This document shows positions 43,099-53,100 of a stretch of 64,000 nt of DNA, one piece after another (position 1 is the stretch's first letter; each line of letters begins with the position of its first letter). A program made the position numbers and the translations under genes. The stretch covers positions 9,482 through 73,481 of the forward strand of contig CACHGV010000003.1 of NCBI GenBank assembly GCA_902579465.1, given 5' to 3'. The notes under the pieces were generated by a model. That model searched no databases. It was not told the origin of the DNA and saw nothing but the letters and a program-made list of their open reading frames with translations. The DNA is from an uncultured Pelagibacteraceae bacterium. GTDB lineage: Bacteria; Pseudomonadota; Alphaproteobacteria; Pelagibacterales; Pelagibacteraceae.

Positions 43099-43802
43099 TA
43101 TATTTTCCAACCAGAATGAATAGCTACTATTCCACCAGATAGATTTCTATATGAACAATTTTTAAAATTATTTTGTTTCATTAAATCGATCAATTCTTCC
43201 TGATTAACAAATTCTTCTATACTTTTTGTCAAATATTCGTACGGGTCTTTGTCCCCAACAACTGCCTTTCCTATATGCGGAATTAATTTTGAATAATTTT
43301 TATATAAAAAATCTAAATTAGAATTTTGAATTTTTGAAAATTCTAAACACATATATCTTCCACCAGGTTTAAGAACTCTGTAAGCTTCTGATAAAGATTT
43401 ATTTAAATTTTTTGTATTTCGCAAACCAAAACTAATTGTATAAAAATCAAAAGTATCATTTTTGAATGGCAACTTTTCTGCCTCTGCAACAACCCATTTT
43501 ATATTTTTATACTTGCTAAGTCTTTTTTTCCCTTTTTCAATCATTTTAACGTTCAAATCTGAAGAGAAAATTTCTCCATTTTTATCTGTATTATCTAAAA
43601 ATAATTTTCCTAAATCACCAGTTCCACAAGCAACATCTAAATACTTTTTGTTTTTTGTTGGACTCATCCAATTCATAAGGTTTTTTTTCCAAAGCCTATG
43701 AATTCCAAAGGACATAAAATCGTTCATCAAATCATATTTATCGTAGACTTTGTTAAATACTCCTTCGACGAGACCCGCTTTATTTTGAAGATTTTGTTGC
43801 AT
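43098..43802 (-). CDS. ubiE: Ubiquinone/menaquinone C-methyltransferase
   Basis: 'YDLMNDFMSFGIHRLWK', 'DVACGTGD', 'FGLRN'. Confidence 0.97.
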   Translation of the reverse strand: MQQNLQNKAGLVEGVFNKVYDKYDLMNDFMSFGIHRLWKKNLMNWMSPTKNKKYLDVACGTGDLGKLFLDNTDKNGEIFSSDLNVKMIEKGKKRLSKYKNIKWVVAEAEKLPFKNDTFDFYTISFGLRNTKNLNKSLSEAYRVLKPGGRYMCLEFSKIQNSNLDFLYKNYSKLIPHIGKAVVGDKDPYEYLTKSIEEFVNQEELIDLMKQNNFKNCSYRNLSGGIVAIHSGWKI

Positions 43803-43835
43803 ATAAATTATATTAAAACACTAATATAGTATGAA

Positions 43836-44702
43836 ATGCCTGAATTACCAGAAGTAGAAATCGTCAAACAATCTTTGAATAAGAGTATTACTGGAAAGAT
43901 TATTAAAGACATATTAATAAAAAATAGAAATTTAAGATTTAAAATCCCAAAAAATTTTGAAAAAAATATTGTGAACAAAAAAATTGTAAAAGTAGATAGA
44001 TTTTCAAAACATTTAATTCTCAAATTTGAGGATAGTTCTAATTTAATGATACATCTTGGGATGTCAGGAACTATTCATTTAATTAACAAATCCAGAAAAA
44101 AGAATTCCATAACAAACACTAGTTTTTATCATTCTCCATTATTACCCAAAAAGCATAATCATGTAGAAATCAAAATTGATAACTTTAAATTAATTTATAA
44201 TGATCCAAGGAGATTTGGTTATTTTTCTTATTTTAAAAATGATGAAGAAATAAATAATAACTTTAAAAAATATGGGCCAGAGCCTTTTGACCCATTATTT
44301 GATAAAAACTATATTTTTAATTACTTTAAAAATAAAAAAAAAAATATTAAGAATTTTTTAATTGACCAAAATTTTGTTTCAGGAATTGGTAATATTTATG
44401 CAAGTGAAATATTGTTTTTATGTAAGATTTTACCATCTAAAGAGGTAAGTTTACTTAGTTTAAATGATTGTCAAAAAATTTCTCAGTTTTCAAAAGTAGT
44501 TTTAAGGAAAGCAATTGACAAAGGAGGATCGAGTATTAGGGATTTTATGAATACAAGTGGAGACCAAGGTTCTTTTCAAAAAAATTTTAATGTTTATCAA
44601 AGAGAAAATAAAAAATGTTTAAAATATAGTTGTAAAGGGATAATACAAAAAAAATTTATTTCAAATAGGTCTAGTTTTTTTTGTAATTTATGCCAAAAAT
44701 AA
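43836..44702 (+). CDS. mutM: Formamidopyrimidine-DNA glycosylase
   Basis: MPELPEVE, 'HLGMSG', 'GIGNIY', C-terminal zinc finger. Confidence 0.98.
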   Translation: MPELPEVEIVKQSLNKSITGKIIKDILIKNRNLRFKIPKNFEKNIVNKKIVKVDRFSKHLILKFEDSSNLMIHLGMSGTIHLINKSRKKNSITNTSFYHSPLLPKKHNHVEIKIDNFKLIYNDPRRFGYFSYFKNDEEINNNFKKYGPEPFDPLFDKNYIFNYFKNKKKNIKNFLIDQNFVSGIGNIYASEILFLCKILPSKEVSLLSLNDCQKISQFSKVVLRKAIDKGGSSIRDFMNTSGDQGSFQKNFNVYQRENKKCLKYSCKGIIQKKFISNRSSFFCNLCQK

Positions 44703-44714
44703 ACAATTATTGTA

Positions 44715-44745
44715 TTGACCCAATCATTATCTGAAGATATACACT
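44715..44745 (+). promoter_or_regulatory. Putative sigma70 promoter of rpsT (near-leaderless)
   Basis: TTGACC-N17-TATACA(CT) just before the ATG; no SD. Confidence 0.5.
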
Positions 44746-44752
44746 CACGCTT

Positions 44753-45013
44753 ATGGCGAATACAAAATCAGCAATTAAACGTACTAGAAAAATTAAAAGG
44801 CAAACAGCTGTTAACAGGTCCAGAAAGAGTCGTTATAGAAATGCATTGAAAAAAATGAACTCAATAATCGAAAAAAAGGATAAAAAAACAGCTTTAACAT
44901 TTCTACCAAAGCTAAATTCTGAATTAATGTCAATTGCAAAAACAGGAATCATTAAAAGGCAAAATGCCTCAAGGAATGTATCGAGAATTACAAAAAAAAT
45001 TAATTCTTTATAA
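44753..45013 (+). CDS. rpsT: 30S ribosomal protein S20
   Basis: 'MANTKSAIKR', 'NASR'; upstream of dnaA. Confidence 0.97.
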   Translation: MANTKSAIKRTRKIKRQTAVNRSRKSRYRNALKKMNSIIEKKDKKTALTFLPKLNSELMSIAKTGIIKRQNASRNVSRITKKINSL

Positions 45014-45280
45014 CAACCTCCAATAAGTAAAAATTTTTTCTAATACAACTTAAACGTACAATTTACTAATTAATTACTACATCTAAAAGATTAATTTTAA
45101 AAATTACTAGATATAGATTTAGTAAAATTTTAAATTTTAGATTTCTTACCCCATTAAGTTGAAAAAATATATTTAAAAGATTCAATCTAAGATTTATTCA
45201 ATCATAAATTTTATTTATTTTTGTTTTTACAAATAAACTTATTGCAATAATTTTGCATAAGTCTTAAGTGGAATTTCCTC

Positions 45281-46696
45281 ATGAAAAACAATTTACAAAA
45301 CAAAAATTCACTCGAAAAGAAAATAGATTGGAAAAATATACAAAATGAAATGCGAGAAAAATTTGGTAATGAGATTTTTGAGAGTTGGATAAAAAAAATT
45401 GAGTTAGTTGAAGAATTCCATAATTATATTTTATTTTCAGTTTCAACCAGGTTTATTAGGGACTGGATTGTATCAAGATATTTAGACCAAATATTACAAA
45501 TAATTAAAGAATATAAAAAAGACTTAGTAAGGATAGAATTTACCATAAAAGATAACAAAGATACCGAAATAAAAGAGTCAAATGTATCATCACAAAATTC
45601 TATTGAAACTAATAATGACAATGTCTCGTTTATAAAAGATTCTTATCTTCAATATAACAGAATAGATCCAAATAAAAATTTTGAAAATTTTATAACTGGG
45701 GGAAGTAATAAGTTAGCATTTGAAGCTTCAAAAAAAGTTTCAAAAGATATAGCGCATTATAATCCATTATACTTATATGGTGGAGTAGGAATGGGGAAAA
45801 CTCATTTATTAAATGCAATAGGTCTAGAATTGAAAGAAAAGAATAAAGTAATGTTTATATCTGCAGAGAGATTCATGTACCAATTTGTTAAATCCATAAA
45901 ATCAAATGAAATGGTTAAGTTTAAAGAGTACTTTAGGAATACAGATATTTTACTAATTGATGATATTCAGTTTATGAATGGTAAAGAGGCAATGCAAGAA
46001 GAATTCTTTCATACATTCAATGCCTTATTAGATAAAAATTCACAGATAATAATATCTGCAGATCGACCACCTAATAAACTATTACGAATACAAGAGAGAA
46101 TAAAATCTAGATTTTCTGGAGGTCTAGTTGTCGATATTCAAAATCCTGATTATGAGCTTAGATATAAAATTATTAAATCTAAAACTGAAGAATTAAAATT
46201 ATCATACTCAAATCAAGTTGTTATTTCAGAGGAAATACAAAAATTTATTAGTACAGAAATTAAAACTAGTATTAGAGAGTTAGTTGGAGCACTAAATAGA
46301 ATTGTGTCTTTTACAAGGATTTATAATAAAGTTCCAAGCTTATCTGAAGTTAAAATTGTTTTAAAAGACTTACTCAACTTCACTGAAAATAAAGTAGATA
46401 TTGATATCATCCAGACAATAGTCTGCAAATTTTATAAAATTAGCAAAAATGAAATGCTTTCTCCAAGAAGATCAAGATATCTTGTCAGACCAAGACAGAC
46501 TGCAATCTATCTTGCTAAAATGTTAACATCCAAATCCTTGCCTGAGATAGGTAGATCCTTTTCTAATAGAGATCACACAACCGTAATCCACTCTGTTAAA
46601 ACCATTGAGAGATTGAGAAAAGAGGATAGCGAATTAAATATTAATATTGATAGTTTAAAAAATAAGATTTTGTATAATAAAGAAAATGAAGTTTAG
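45281..46696 (+). CDS. dnaA: Chromosomal replication initiator DnaA
   Basis: 'YNPLYLYGGVGMGKTHL', 'QEEFFHTFN', 'RDHTTV'. Confidence 0.99.
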   Translation: MKNNLQNKNSLEKKIDWKNIQNEMREKFGNEIFESWIKKIELVEEFHNYILFSVSTRFIRDWIVSRYLDQILQIIKEYKKDLVRIEFTIKDNKDTEIKESNVSSQNSIETNNDNVSFIKDSYLQYNRIDPNKNFENFITGGSNKLAFEASKKVSKDIAHYNPLYLYGGVGMGKTHLLNAIGLELKEKNKVMFISAERFMYQFVKSIKSNEMVKFKEYFRNTDILLIDDIQFMNGKEAMQEEFFHTFNALLDKNSQIIISADRPPNKLLRIQERIKSRFSGGLVVDIQNPDYELRYKIIKSKTEELKLSYSNQVVISEEIQKFISTEIKTSIRELVGALNRIVSFTRIYNKVPSLSEVKIVLKDLLNFTENKVDIDIIQTIVCKFYKISKNEMLSPRRSRYLVRPRQTAIYLAKMLTSKSLPEIGRSFSNRDHTTVIHSVKTIERLRKEDSELNINIDSLKNKILYNKENEV

Positions 46697-47798
46697 TTTA
46701 AATCAACAAGACCTTCAAAAATCTTTAAATTATTGTCAGGGTGTAATTGAAAAAAGAAGTACGTTGCCAATACTTTCAAATGTATTATTGGATGTAAGTA
46801 ATGGGAAACTAACAATTACTGCAACTGATCTTGATTTAATTTTTATTCATCAAATTCCAAATGTCGAAATATTAGAAGAGGGCAAAACTACTTCATCTTC
46901 GTCAATAATGTATGATATTGTTAGAAAGTTTTCATCTGGAAGTAAAATTAACTTTTCTAATCCTAGCGAAAATAAATTGCATTTAGAATCTGATAAATCT
47001 GTGTTCAACTTAAATTGTATTAGCGCCTCTGAATTTCCTTTAACAGATGAAAATTTTAACGAAAATGAGTTTTCGATTAAATCAAAAGAGCTACTAAAAC
47101 TGCTAAATAAATGTAAATTTTCAGTATCTAACGATGAAACAAGACATTATTTAAGTGGAATTTTTTTACATCAGACAGAAGTCGAAGATAAAAATTTTTT
47201 AACAGCTGCAGCTACTGATAGTCATAGAATGTCTATATCAAAGATAAGACTCCAAAATAAAGTCCAATTTGATCAAATAATATTGCCAAAGAAGACTATT
47301 TTTCAGCTTTGTTCATTATTAGAGGACTATGAAGGTGAGGTAAAAATATCAAATATTAAATCAAAAATTAAATTTGAAATTAACAATAGTATATTGATAT
47401 CTAAACTTATTGATGGAAAATTTCCTAACTATGTACAGGTAATACCAAAAGAAAACCAAAAAAAATTAGAAGTTAATTTAAAATCATTTTTAAATTCAGT
47501 AGATAGAGTTGCTTCAGTCTCTTTGGATAAAAAAGATGGCGTAAAATTTAATCTTTCAAAAGATAATCTTGATCTTTCAGTTAACAATACAAATAGTGGT
47601 GATGGTAAGGAAAGTTTAAGTGTTAAGTTTGATCACGAGCTTGATATAAGCTTCAATTCTCGATATTTAATTGATGTTGCTTCCCAACTTGATGGAGATA
47701 ACATTGAAATTTATTTAAAAGATACAGGTTCACCAGCCTTAATCAGAGATCCAGCTGATTATGATAGCATATATGTTGTAATGCCAATGAAAGGCTAA
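46686..47798 (+). CDS. dnaN: DNA polymerase III beta clamp
   Basis: 'PILSNVL', 'ATDL', 'ATDSHR', 'VVMPM'. Confidence 0.99.
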   Translation: MKFSLNQQDLQKSLNYCQGVIEKRSTLPILSNVLLDVSNGKLTITATDLDLIFIHQIPNVEILEEGKTTSSSSIMYDIVRKFSSGSKINFSNPSENKLHLESDKSVFNLNCISASEFPLTDENFNENEFSIKSKELLKLLNKCKFSVSNDETRHYLSGIFLHQTEVEDKNFLTAAATDSHRMSISKIRLQNKVQFDQIILPKKTIFQLCSLLEDYEGEVKISNIKSKIKFEINNSILISKLIDGKFPNYVQVIPKENQKKLEVNLKSFLNSVDRVASVSLDKKDGVKFNLSKDNLDLSVNNTNSGDGKESLSVKFDHELDISFNSRYLIDVASQLDGDNIEIYLKDTGSPALIRDPADYDSIYVVMPMKG

Positions 47799-48496
47799 TC
47801 CATTAATTTTAACTCAGTATATATTTTATCCTCTATATAATTAGTAAAATCTGCTGACTTCATTCCAGGTTTTACTGCTGGTAGAATTGATATTATTATT
47901 GTTTTTTTTGAAGATAAATTTCCATCTTTTGGCCAAACATTTCCAGAATTTATCGCCACCGGTTGGCAATTTATTTTTAATTCGTCATAAATTCTACCAA
48001 CACCTTTTTTAAAAGGAATTATTTCATTTGGCAAAACTCTTGTTCCTTGAGGAAATATAATTAATGGTCTTTCTGAATTTCTTATAGAATTTTTTATTTT
48101 ATCTATTAAACCTAAATTATTTTTACTAATTTTATTTCTATCAATTGAAATTGATCCTATCTTTTTTAAGTACCAGCCAAATATAGGTATTTTGATTAAT
48201 TCATATTTTAAAATAAATATTGGTGAATTAAAAATTGTTTGTAGGTAAAAAGTCTCAAACATCGACTGATGAGAGCAAGCAATAAAAAACTTTTCATTTT
48301 TAATAATATTTTCCCTACCCTTAACAATAATTTTTGTTTGTAAAAAAATTCGAAGACAAACAGCAGCCCACCTACCCATCATTTTTCCACCGAATAAAAC
48401 TATTTTAGTTGGCATTATTAATGATGGCAGGAATATTATTGAAATTATAGATATACCTAGGAAGAAAAAAAGTAAAAATAGAATTTTTCTTATCAT
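47795..48496 (-). CDS. plsC: 1-acyl-sn-glycerol-3-phosphate acyltransferase family
   Basis: 'HQSMFET', 'IFPQGTR', 'FKKG'. Confidence 0.85.
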   Translation of the reverse strand: MIRKILFLLFFFLGISIISIIFLPSLIMPTKIVLFGGKMMGRWAAVCLRIFLQTKIIVKGRENIIKNEKFFIACSHQSMFETFYLQTIFNSPIFILKYELIKIPIFGWYLKKIGSISIDRNKISKNNLGLIDKIKNSIRNSERPLIIFPQGTRVLPNEIIPFKKGVGRIYDELKINCQPVAINSGNVWPKDGNLSSKKTIIISILPAVKPGMKSADFTNYIEDKIYTELKLMD

Positions 48497-48508
48497 TTTT
48501 GTCAAAAA

Positions 48509-49723
48509 CTAAATTATATCTTTTAGTCTTTGTCTTTTTTTGATTACATTTATTTTTGAACCTTTTATTAATATTTCAGCAGGTTTAGGTCTAATGTTAT
48601 AATTTGAAGATAATGATGAGCCATATGCTCCTACGTCACAAATAATAATATAATCTTTCTCATTTAATTTTTGAAATTTATTTGTAGTTAGGAATTTATC
48701 TGTCGTTTCGCAAATCGGACCCACAAAATCATAACTTTTCGAAGTCATTTTATTAGTTTTTTTTAATGGAATTATTTTATGCTTGGCCCCATACAATGCA
48801 GGTCTCATAAAATCATTCATAGCTGCATCCATAATAATAAAATCTTTTTTAGAATTTTCTTTTATATAAATAATTTTTGAAATTAATATTGCAGTATCAC
48901 CTATAATTGATCTACCAGGTTCAAAAATAATTTTTGATTTATGCTTTTTTAAAAATTTTTTAATAATTTGATTATACTTTTTATAATTAAATTTTTTATT
49001 GTCTTTGTTATAATCAATTCCCATACCACCACCAAGATCTATATACTCAAAATTAAAGTTAATTTTTTTTATTAATTTATCTATAACGTTAAGCATTTTT
49101 TGGTATGGCTTATGATCTAGAATTTGACTTCCAATATGCACACTTAAACATTTTAGATTTAAAAATTTTGAATTTATTATATATTTTGAAACCTCAATAA
49201 ATGTGTTTTCACTAACGCCAAATTTATTTTCTTTTTTACCAGTTGAAATTTGTTGAATTGTTTTTGCATCTGTATTTGGATTCAATCTAATTCCAATATT
49301 TACTTTTTTATTTTTAGATTTTGCTATACTTTCTATTTCTAATATTTCACTTTTTGACTCACAATTTATCAATAAAATATTTTTATCTATTGCATAAATC
49401 AATTCTGACCTAGTTTTACCTACTCCAGAGAAAACAATCTTTTTGGAATTAATTCCTGCTTTATGAGCAATCATTAATTCACCTTTTGAGACAACATCAG
49501 CTCCCAATCCACTTCGTTTAATCAATTTAAGAATTTCTAAATTACAGTTTGACTTTGTTGAAAAACATATGATTGGAGAAAACGATTTAAAACTTCTTTT
49601 AAAGTTACTTATATTTTCATTAATTTTTTTCGCTGAATAGCAAAATATTGGTGTTTCAAATTTTTTTATTACTTTAGTGAGTCTGGATTTTTCAACTGTA
49701 AAAATATTATTGATATATTTCAT
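48509..49723 (-). CDS. lysA: Diaminopimelate decarboxylase
   Basis: 'DVVSKGE', 'HIGSQ', 'EPGR', 'GPICET', 'GAYG'; ATG at 49723. Confidence 0.96.
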   Translation of the reverse strand: MKYINNIFTVEKSRLTKVIKKFETPIFCYSAKKINENISNFKRSFKSFSPIICFSTKSNCNLEILKLIKRSGLGADVVSKGELMIAHKAGINSKKIVFSGVGKTRSELIYAIDKNILLINCESKSEILEIESIAKSKNKKVNIGIRLNPNTDAKTIQQISTGKKENKFGVSENTFIEVSKYIINSKFLNLKCLSVHIGSQILDHKPYQKMLNVIDKLIKKINFNFEYIDLGGGMGIDYNKDNKKFNYKKYNQIIKKFLKKHKSKIIFEPGRSIIGDTAILISKIIYIKENSKKDFIIMDAAMNDFMRPALYGAKHKIIPLKKTNKMTSKSYDFVGPICETTDKFLTTNKFQKLNEKDYIIICDVGAYGSSLSSNYNIRPKPAEILIKGSKINVIKKRQRLKDII

Positions 49724-49871
49724 CTTTTTTTGGCATTTCAAATACGTTATTAAAATTATGAAATTTCATAACATTATTATTTAATGATGCCTCATACTTT
49801 GGCTCATTTTTTCTTCCACATGAAGTTAATAAAATTAGGCACATGGTAATTAAAGTTATTTTTTTAATCAT
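49707..49871 (-). CDS. Small 54-aa lipoprotein (LptM/YifL-like position and motif)
   Basis: Translated by hand: MIKKITLITMCLILLTSCGRKNEPKYEASL...; lipobox LTSC followed by GRK; lies between argH and lysA. Confidence 0.75.
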   Translation of the reverse strand: MIKKITLITMCLILLTSCGRKNEPKYEASLNNNVMKFHNFNNVFEMPKKDEIYQ

Positions 49872-49873
49872 AG

Positions 49874-51262
49874 TTATTTCTTCTTGTAACTTAATATCAT
49901 TTTCTTAATGTTGTCGAAAGAAGTTCCACCATAAGAAACTTTAGAATTAACAGATTTTTTTAGCTCAAATACTTTCAGAACATCAGCTGTTAAACCTTTT
50001 TCAATTTTGTTTATCTCTTTTATAGTTAGTTCTGACAATTTTTTTTTATTTTTTTCAGCAAAATTTATGATTTTAGCTGTTTGTAAATAGGCTTTTCTAA
50101 ATGGATAATTTAATTCTCTAACCATGTAATCTGCTAAATCAGTTGCTGTTATGTAGCCACTTTCTGCAAGTTCAATCATCCTTTTCTTATCTGGCGAAAA
50201 ATTTTTAAGAACATCATTCAATATAATTAAGGAATTTTTCAATTGATCAAAAGATTTAAAAACAATTTCTTTATCATCTTGTAAATCTTTAAAATAAGAA
50301 AGGGGCAATCCTTTTAACGTTGTGAGCATAGAAAATAAATTTCCAAATATAAAACCTGTTTTGCCTCTCAAGTATTCTAAAGGATCAGGATTCTTTTTTT
50401 GAGGCATAATAGATGATCCAGTTACAATTTTATCATTCAAATTAATAAGTTTAAATGCATCTGAATTCCAAATTATAAACTCCTCTGCAATCCTAGAGAT
50501 ATGAACAGCACATGCAGAGCAAGAATATAGAAAATCAATTACAAAATCTCTATCAGAAACAGTATCAATTGAGTTTTTAGTTGGTCTGTCGAAACCTAAT
50601 TTTTTTGAAGTATAAAATCTATCAATTTTAAAAGAAGTGCCTGTTAAAGCAGCTACACCAAGTGGATTTTCATTAAGACTCTCTAAATTATTTTGAAATC
50701 TATTTTTATCCCTATTAAACATCTCCAAGTAAGCCATTAAGTAATGAGCAAAAGAAACTGGTTGAGCATTTTTAAGGTGTGTGAAACCAGGCATAACTGT
50801 CTCAACATTTTTTTCTGCTTTTTTTAAAATATTTTTAATTGTTGTGTCAATATTTTTAACAATTTCTTTATTAGCATTTCTTAACCAAATTTTAAAATCT
50901 GTGACAACCTGATCATTTCTTGATCTCGCAGTGTGAATATATCCTGCGTCTTCTCCAATTAGTTCAAAGAGTCTGTGTTCTATATTCATATGAATATCCT
51001 CAAGCTTGTCATCAAAAATAAATTTTTTTTTTATAATTTCGTTCTTAATTCTATTTAAACCCCATACTATTTTATTTTTAATTTTAAAATTTATAATTTT
51101 TTGTCTAAACAGCATCTCAACATGTACAATTGAAGCTTCAATATCCTCTCTAAATAATCTTTTGTCGATTGAAATTGATCCACCAACCTTTTTAAAAAGG
51201 TTTGTTTTTTCCTTCTTAATTCTAGTATTCCAAATTGGCTGATTGTTTTTATTTTTGCCCAT
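49874..51262 (-). CDS. argH: Argininosuccinate lyase
   Basis: 'HTARSRNDQV', 'PGFTHL', 'GSSIMPQKKNPD'. Confidence 0.98.
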   Translation of the reverse strand: MGKNKNNQPIWNTRIKKEKTNLFKKVGGSISIDKRLFREDIEASIVHVEMLFRQKIINFKIKNKIVWGLNRIKNEIIKKKFIFDDKLEDIHMNIEHRLFELIGEDAGYIHTARSRNDQVVTDFKIWLRNANKEIVKNIDTTIKNILKKAEKNVETVMPGFTHLKNAQPVSFAHYLMAYLEMFNRDKNRFQNNLESLNENPLGVAALTGTSFKIDRFYTSKKLGFDRPTKNSIDTVSDRDFVIDFLYSCSACAVHISRIAEEFIIWNSDAFKLINLNDKIVTGSSIMPQKKNPDPLEYLRGKTGFIFGNLFSMLTTLKGLPLSYFKDLQDDKEIVFKSFDQLKNSLIILNDVLKNFSPDKKRMIELAESGYITATDLADYMVRELNYPFRKAYLQTAKIINFAEKNKKKLSELTIKEINKIEKGLTADVLKVFELKKSVNSKVSYGGTSFDNIKKMILSYKKK

Positions 51263-51285
51263 GATATTTACTTATTCTAAATTGT

Positions 51286-51816
51286 ATGAAAATCATTTTT
51301 TTTAATTATCTTATAATAATATTTTACTTAATATCATCTAGCGTCTCATATTCAATAGAACGTCCAGAAATAAAGAATCTTATTGTACATAAAGACAAGA
51401 AAAAAATTAAAAATATAGAATTTATTAAATCTGAAGGTCAAAAAGTAAGTTTAGATAATTTTAAATCGAACCCATTAATAATAAATTTCTGGGCTACTTG
51501 GTGCGCTCCTTGTAAAAAAGAGATGCCATCTTTGGATAAACTTAAAACTTTAAATGAATTTAAAAATATTAATATTATTCCAATTAATATCGGTGGTGAA
51601 AGCTACAAAAAATCAAAAGAATTTTTTGATAAAATCAAAATTAAAAATTTAGATATATTTACAGGATCTGGACCAGAGTTTTCACAGTTGTTTAAACTTA
51701 GAGGGTTACCCACAACAATTCTAATAGACCGAAACGGTTTTGAAGTTGGGAGAATTGTTGGGTATATTGACTTTAATGATCAATCTTTACTTGATTGGTT
51801 ACCAAAAATTTTATGA
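51286..51816 (+). CDS. tlpA: TlpA-family thiol:disulfide oxidoreductase
   Basis: N-terminal anchor, 'NFWATWCAPC', 'GLPTT'; divergent from argH. Confidence 0.9.
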   Translation: MKIIFFNYLIIIFYLISSSVSYSIERPEIKNLIVHKDKKKIKNIEFIKSEGQKVSLDNFKSNPLIINFWATWCAPCKKEMPSLDKLKTLNEFKNINIIPINIGGESYKKSKEFFDKIKIKNLDIFTGSGPEFSQLFKLRGLPTTILIDRNGFEVGRIVGYIDFNDQSLLDWLPKIL

Positions 51817-52469
51817 AATTTTCTTTAAATACAACAATAATTAAACCAGAAAATAATGACAAAGTTAAAAGTGCAGTAATTTTACTTCATGGATATGGAG
51901 GTGATGGAAAAGATATCAGTATGCTTACATTAAATTGGAAAAGATTTTTAAAAAATACAGTTTTTTTATGTCCAGATGCACATGAAGTATGCAGTATTAA
52001 TCCAGTAGGGTTCCAATGGTTTGATTTAAATAATGAAGATCCAGAATATACTCTTCAAGAATCAAAAAAGGCAGAAAATGTTCTAAACAGTTATATTTCA
52101 GAAGTAAGTAATTATTTTGATTTAGAATATTCTCAAATTTGTGTTTCTGGTTTTAGTCAAGGATGTATGATGTCATTAAATGTTGGTCTAACATCCGAAA
52201 AAGAATTTAGTTGTATTGTAGGGTTTTCTGGAAGAATCATAAATATGAAAGACCTTTCTCAAAGAATAAAAAATAAAACTAATATTTTAATGATACATGG
52301 TGAAAATGACCCAATTGTCCCGCCAAATAATTTACTAGAAGCTAAGGACTTTTTCATAAGAAATAAAATTAAAATTGAAACTTTAATGATTAAAAACTGT
52401 GATCACCATATACCTATGGAAGCTTCAAGTGCGGCATTAAACTTTATAAAAAAAAAAATAATCAGTTAA
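51813..52469 (+). CDS. Phospholipase/carboxylesterase (alpha/beta hydrolase)
   Basis: 'LHGYG', GFSQG, 'HGEND', H; ATGA overlap with tlpA. Confidence 0.92.
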   Translation: MKFSLNTTIIKPENNDKVKSAVILLHGYGGDGKDISMLTLNWKRFLKNTVFLCPDAHEVCSINPVGFQWFDLNNEDPEYTLQESKKAENVLNSYISEVSNYFDLEYSQICVSGFSQGCMMSLNVGLTSEKEFSCIVGFSGRIINMKDLSQRIKNKTNILMIHGENDPIVPPNNLLEAKDFFIRNKIKIETLMIKNCDHHIPMEASSAALNFIKKKIIS

Positions 52470-52530
52470 TAAATATCTAATATAATATTAGTTGTGTTGA
52501 TAAAAAATATATTTAATGTATGTTTTAAGT

Positions 52531-53100
52531 ATGATTGAGTTTTCCGATCAAAGTATCTCTTTAGAAAAATGTCCTGCATTAGTTTTAAATGCAGATTACA
52601 GGCCTTTAAGTTATTATCCACTTTCATTATGGAGTTGGCAGGACTCAATTAAATCTGTTTTCTTAGACAGGGTTTCTATTGTTAGTTATTACGATAGACA
52701 AATCAGAAGTCCATCGTTTAGCATGAAACTTCCAAGTGTAATTGCTCTTAAATCGTACATAAGACCTCAATCAAACCCTAACTTTACTAGATTCAATGTT
52801 TTTTTAAGAGATAAGTTTAGTTGTCAATATTGTGGTAGCAAAGATGAATTAACTTTTGATCACTTACTGCCAAGATCAAAAGGAGGCAAAACTAATTGGG
52901 ATAATGTTGTAACAGCTTGTTCATCCTGTAATGTTAAAAAAGGAGGAAGACTAATAAAGAACTCAGGTATGACATTAAACCAATGGCCTTTTCAACCTAC
53001 TACAGAGGACCTTCATAAAAATGGTAAAAATTTTCCACCAAACTTTTTACATAAAAGTTGGATGGATTATTTATACTGGGATGTTGAACTTGAACCGTAA
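52531..53100 (+). CDS. HNH endonuclease family protein
   Basis: 'LVLNADY', 'RDKFSCQYCG', 'DHLLPRSKGG', 'NVVTACSSCN'. Confidence 0.92.
   Translation: MIEFSDQSISLEKCPALVLNADYRPLSYYPLSLWSWQDSIKSVFLDRVSIVSYYDRQIRSPSFSMKLPSVIALKSYIRPQSNPNFTRFNVFLRDKFSCQYCGSKDELTFDHLLPRSKGGKTNWDNVVTACSSCNVKKGGRLIKNSGMTLNQWPFQPTTEDLHKNGKNFPPNFLHKSWMDYLYWDVELEP

Noticed and set aside
45014-45280. Possible oriC next to dnaA
   Set aside because: No recognisable DnaA-box cluster; alphaproteobacterial origins are often unlinked to dnaA.
52531-53100. HNH nuclease as a mobile or defence element
   Set aside because: No flanking repeats, methylase or integrase; embedded among housekeeping genes and resembles the commonly chromosomal stand-alone HNH family.
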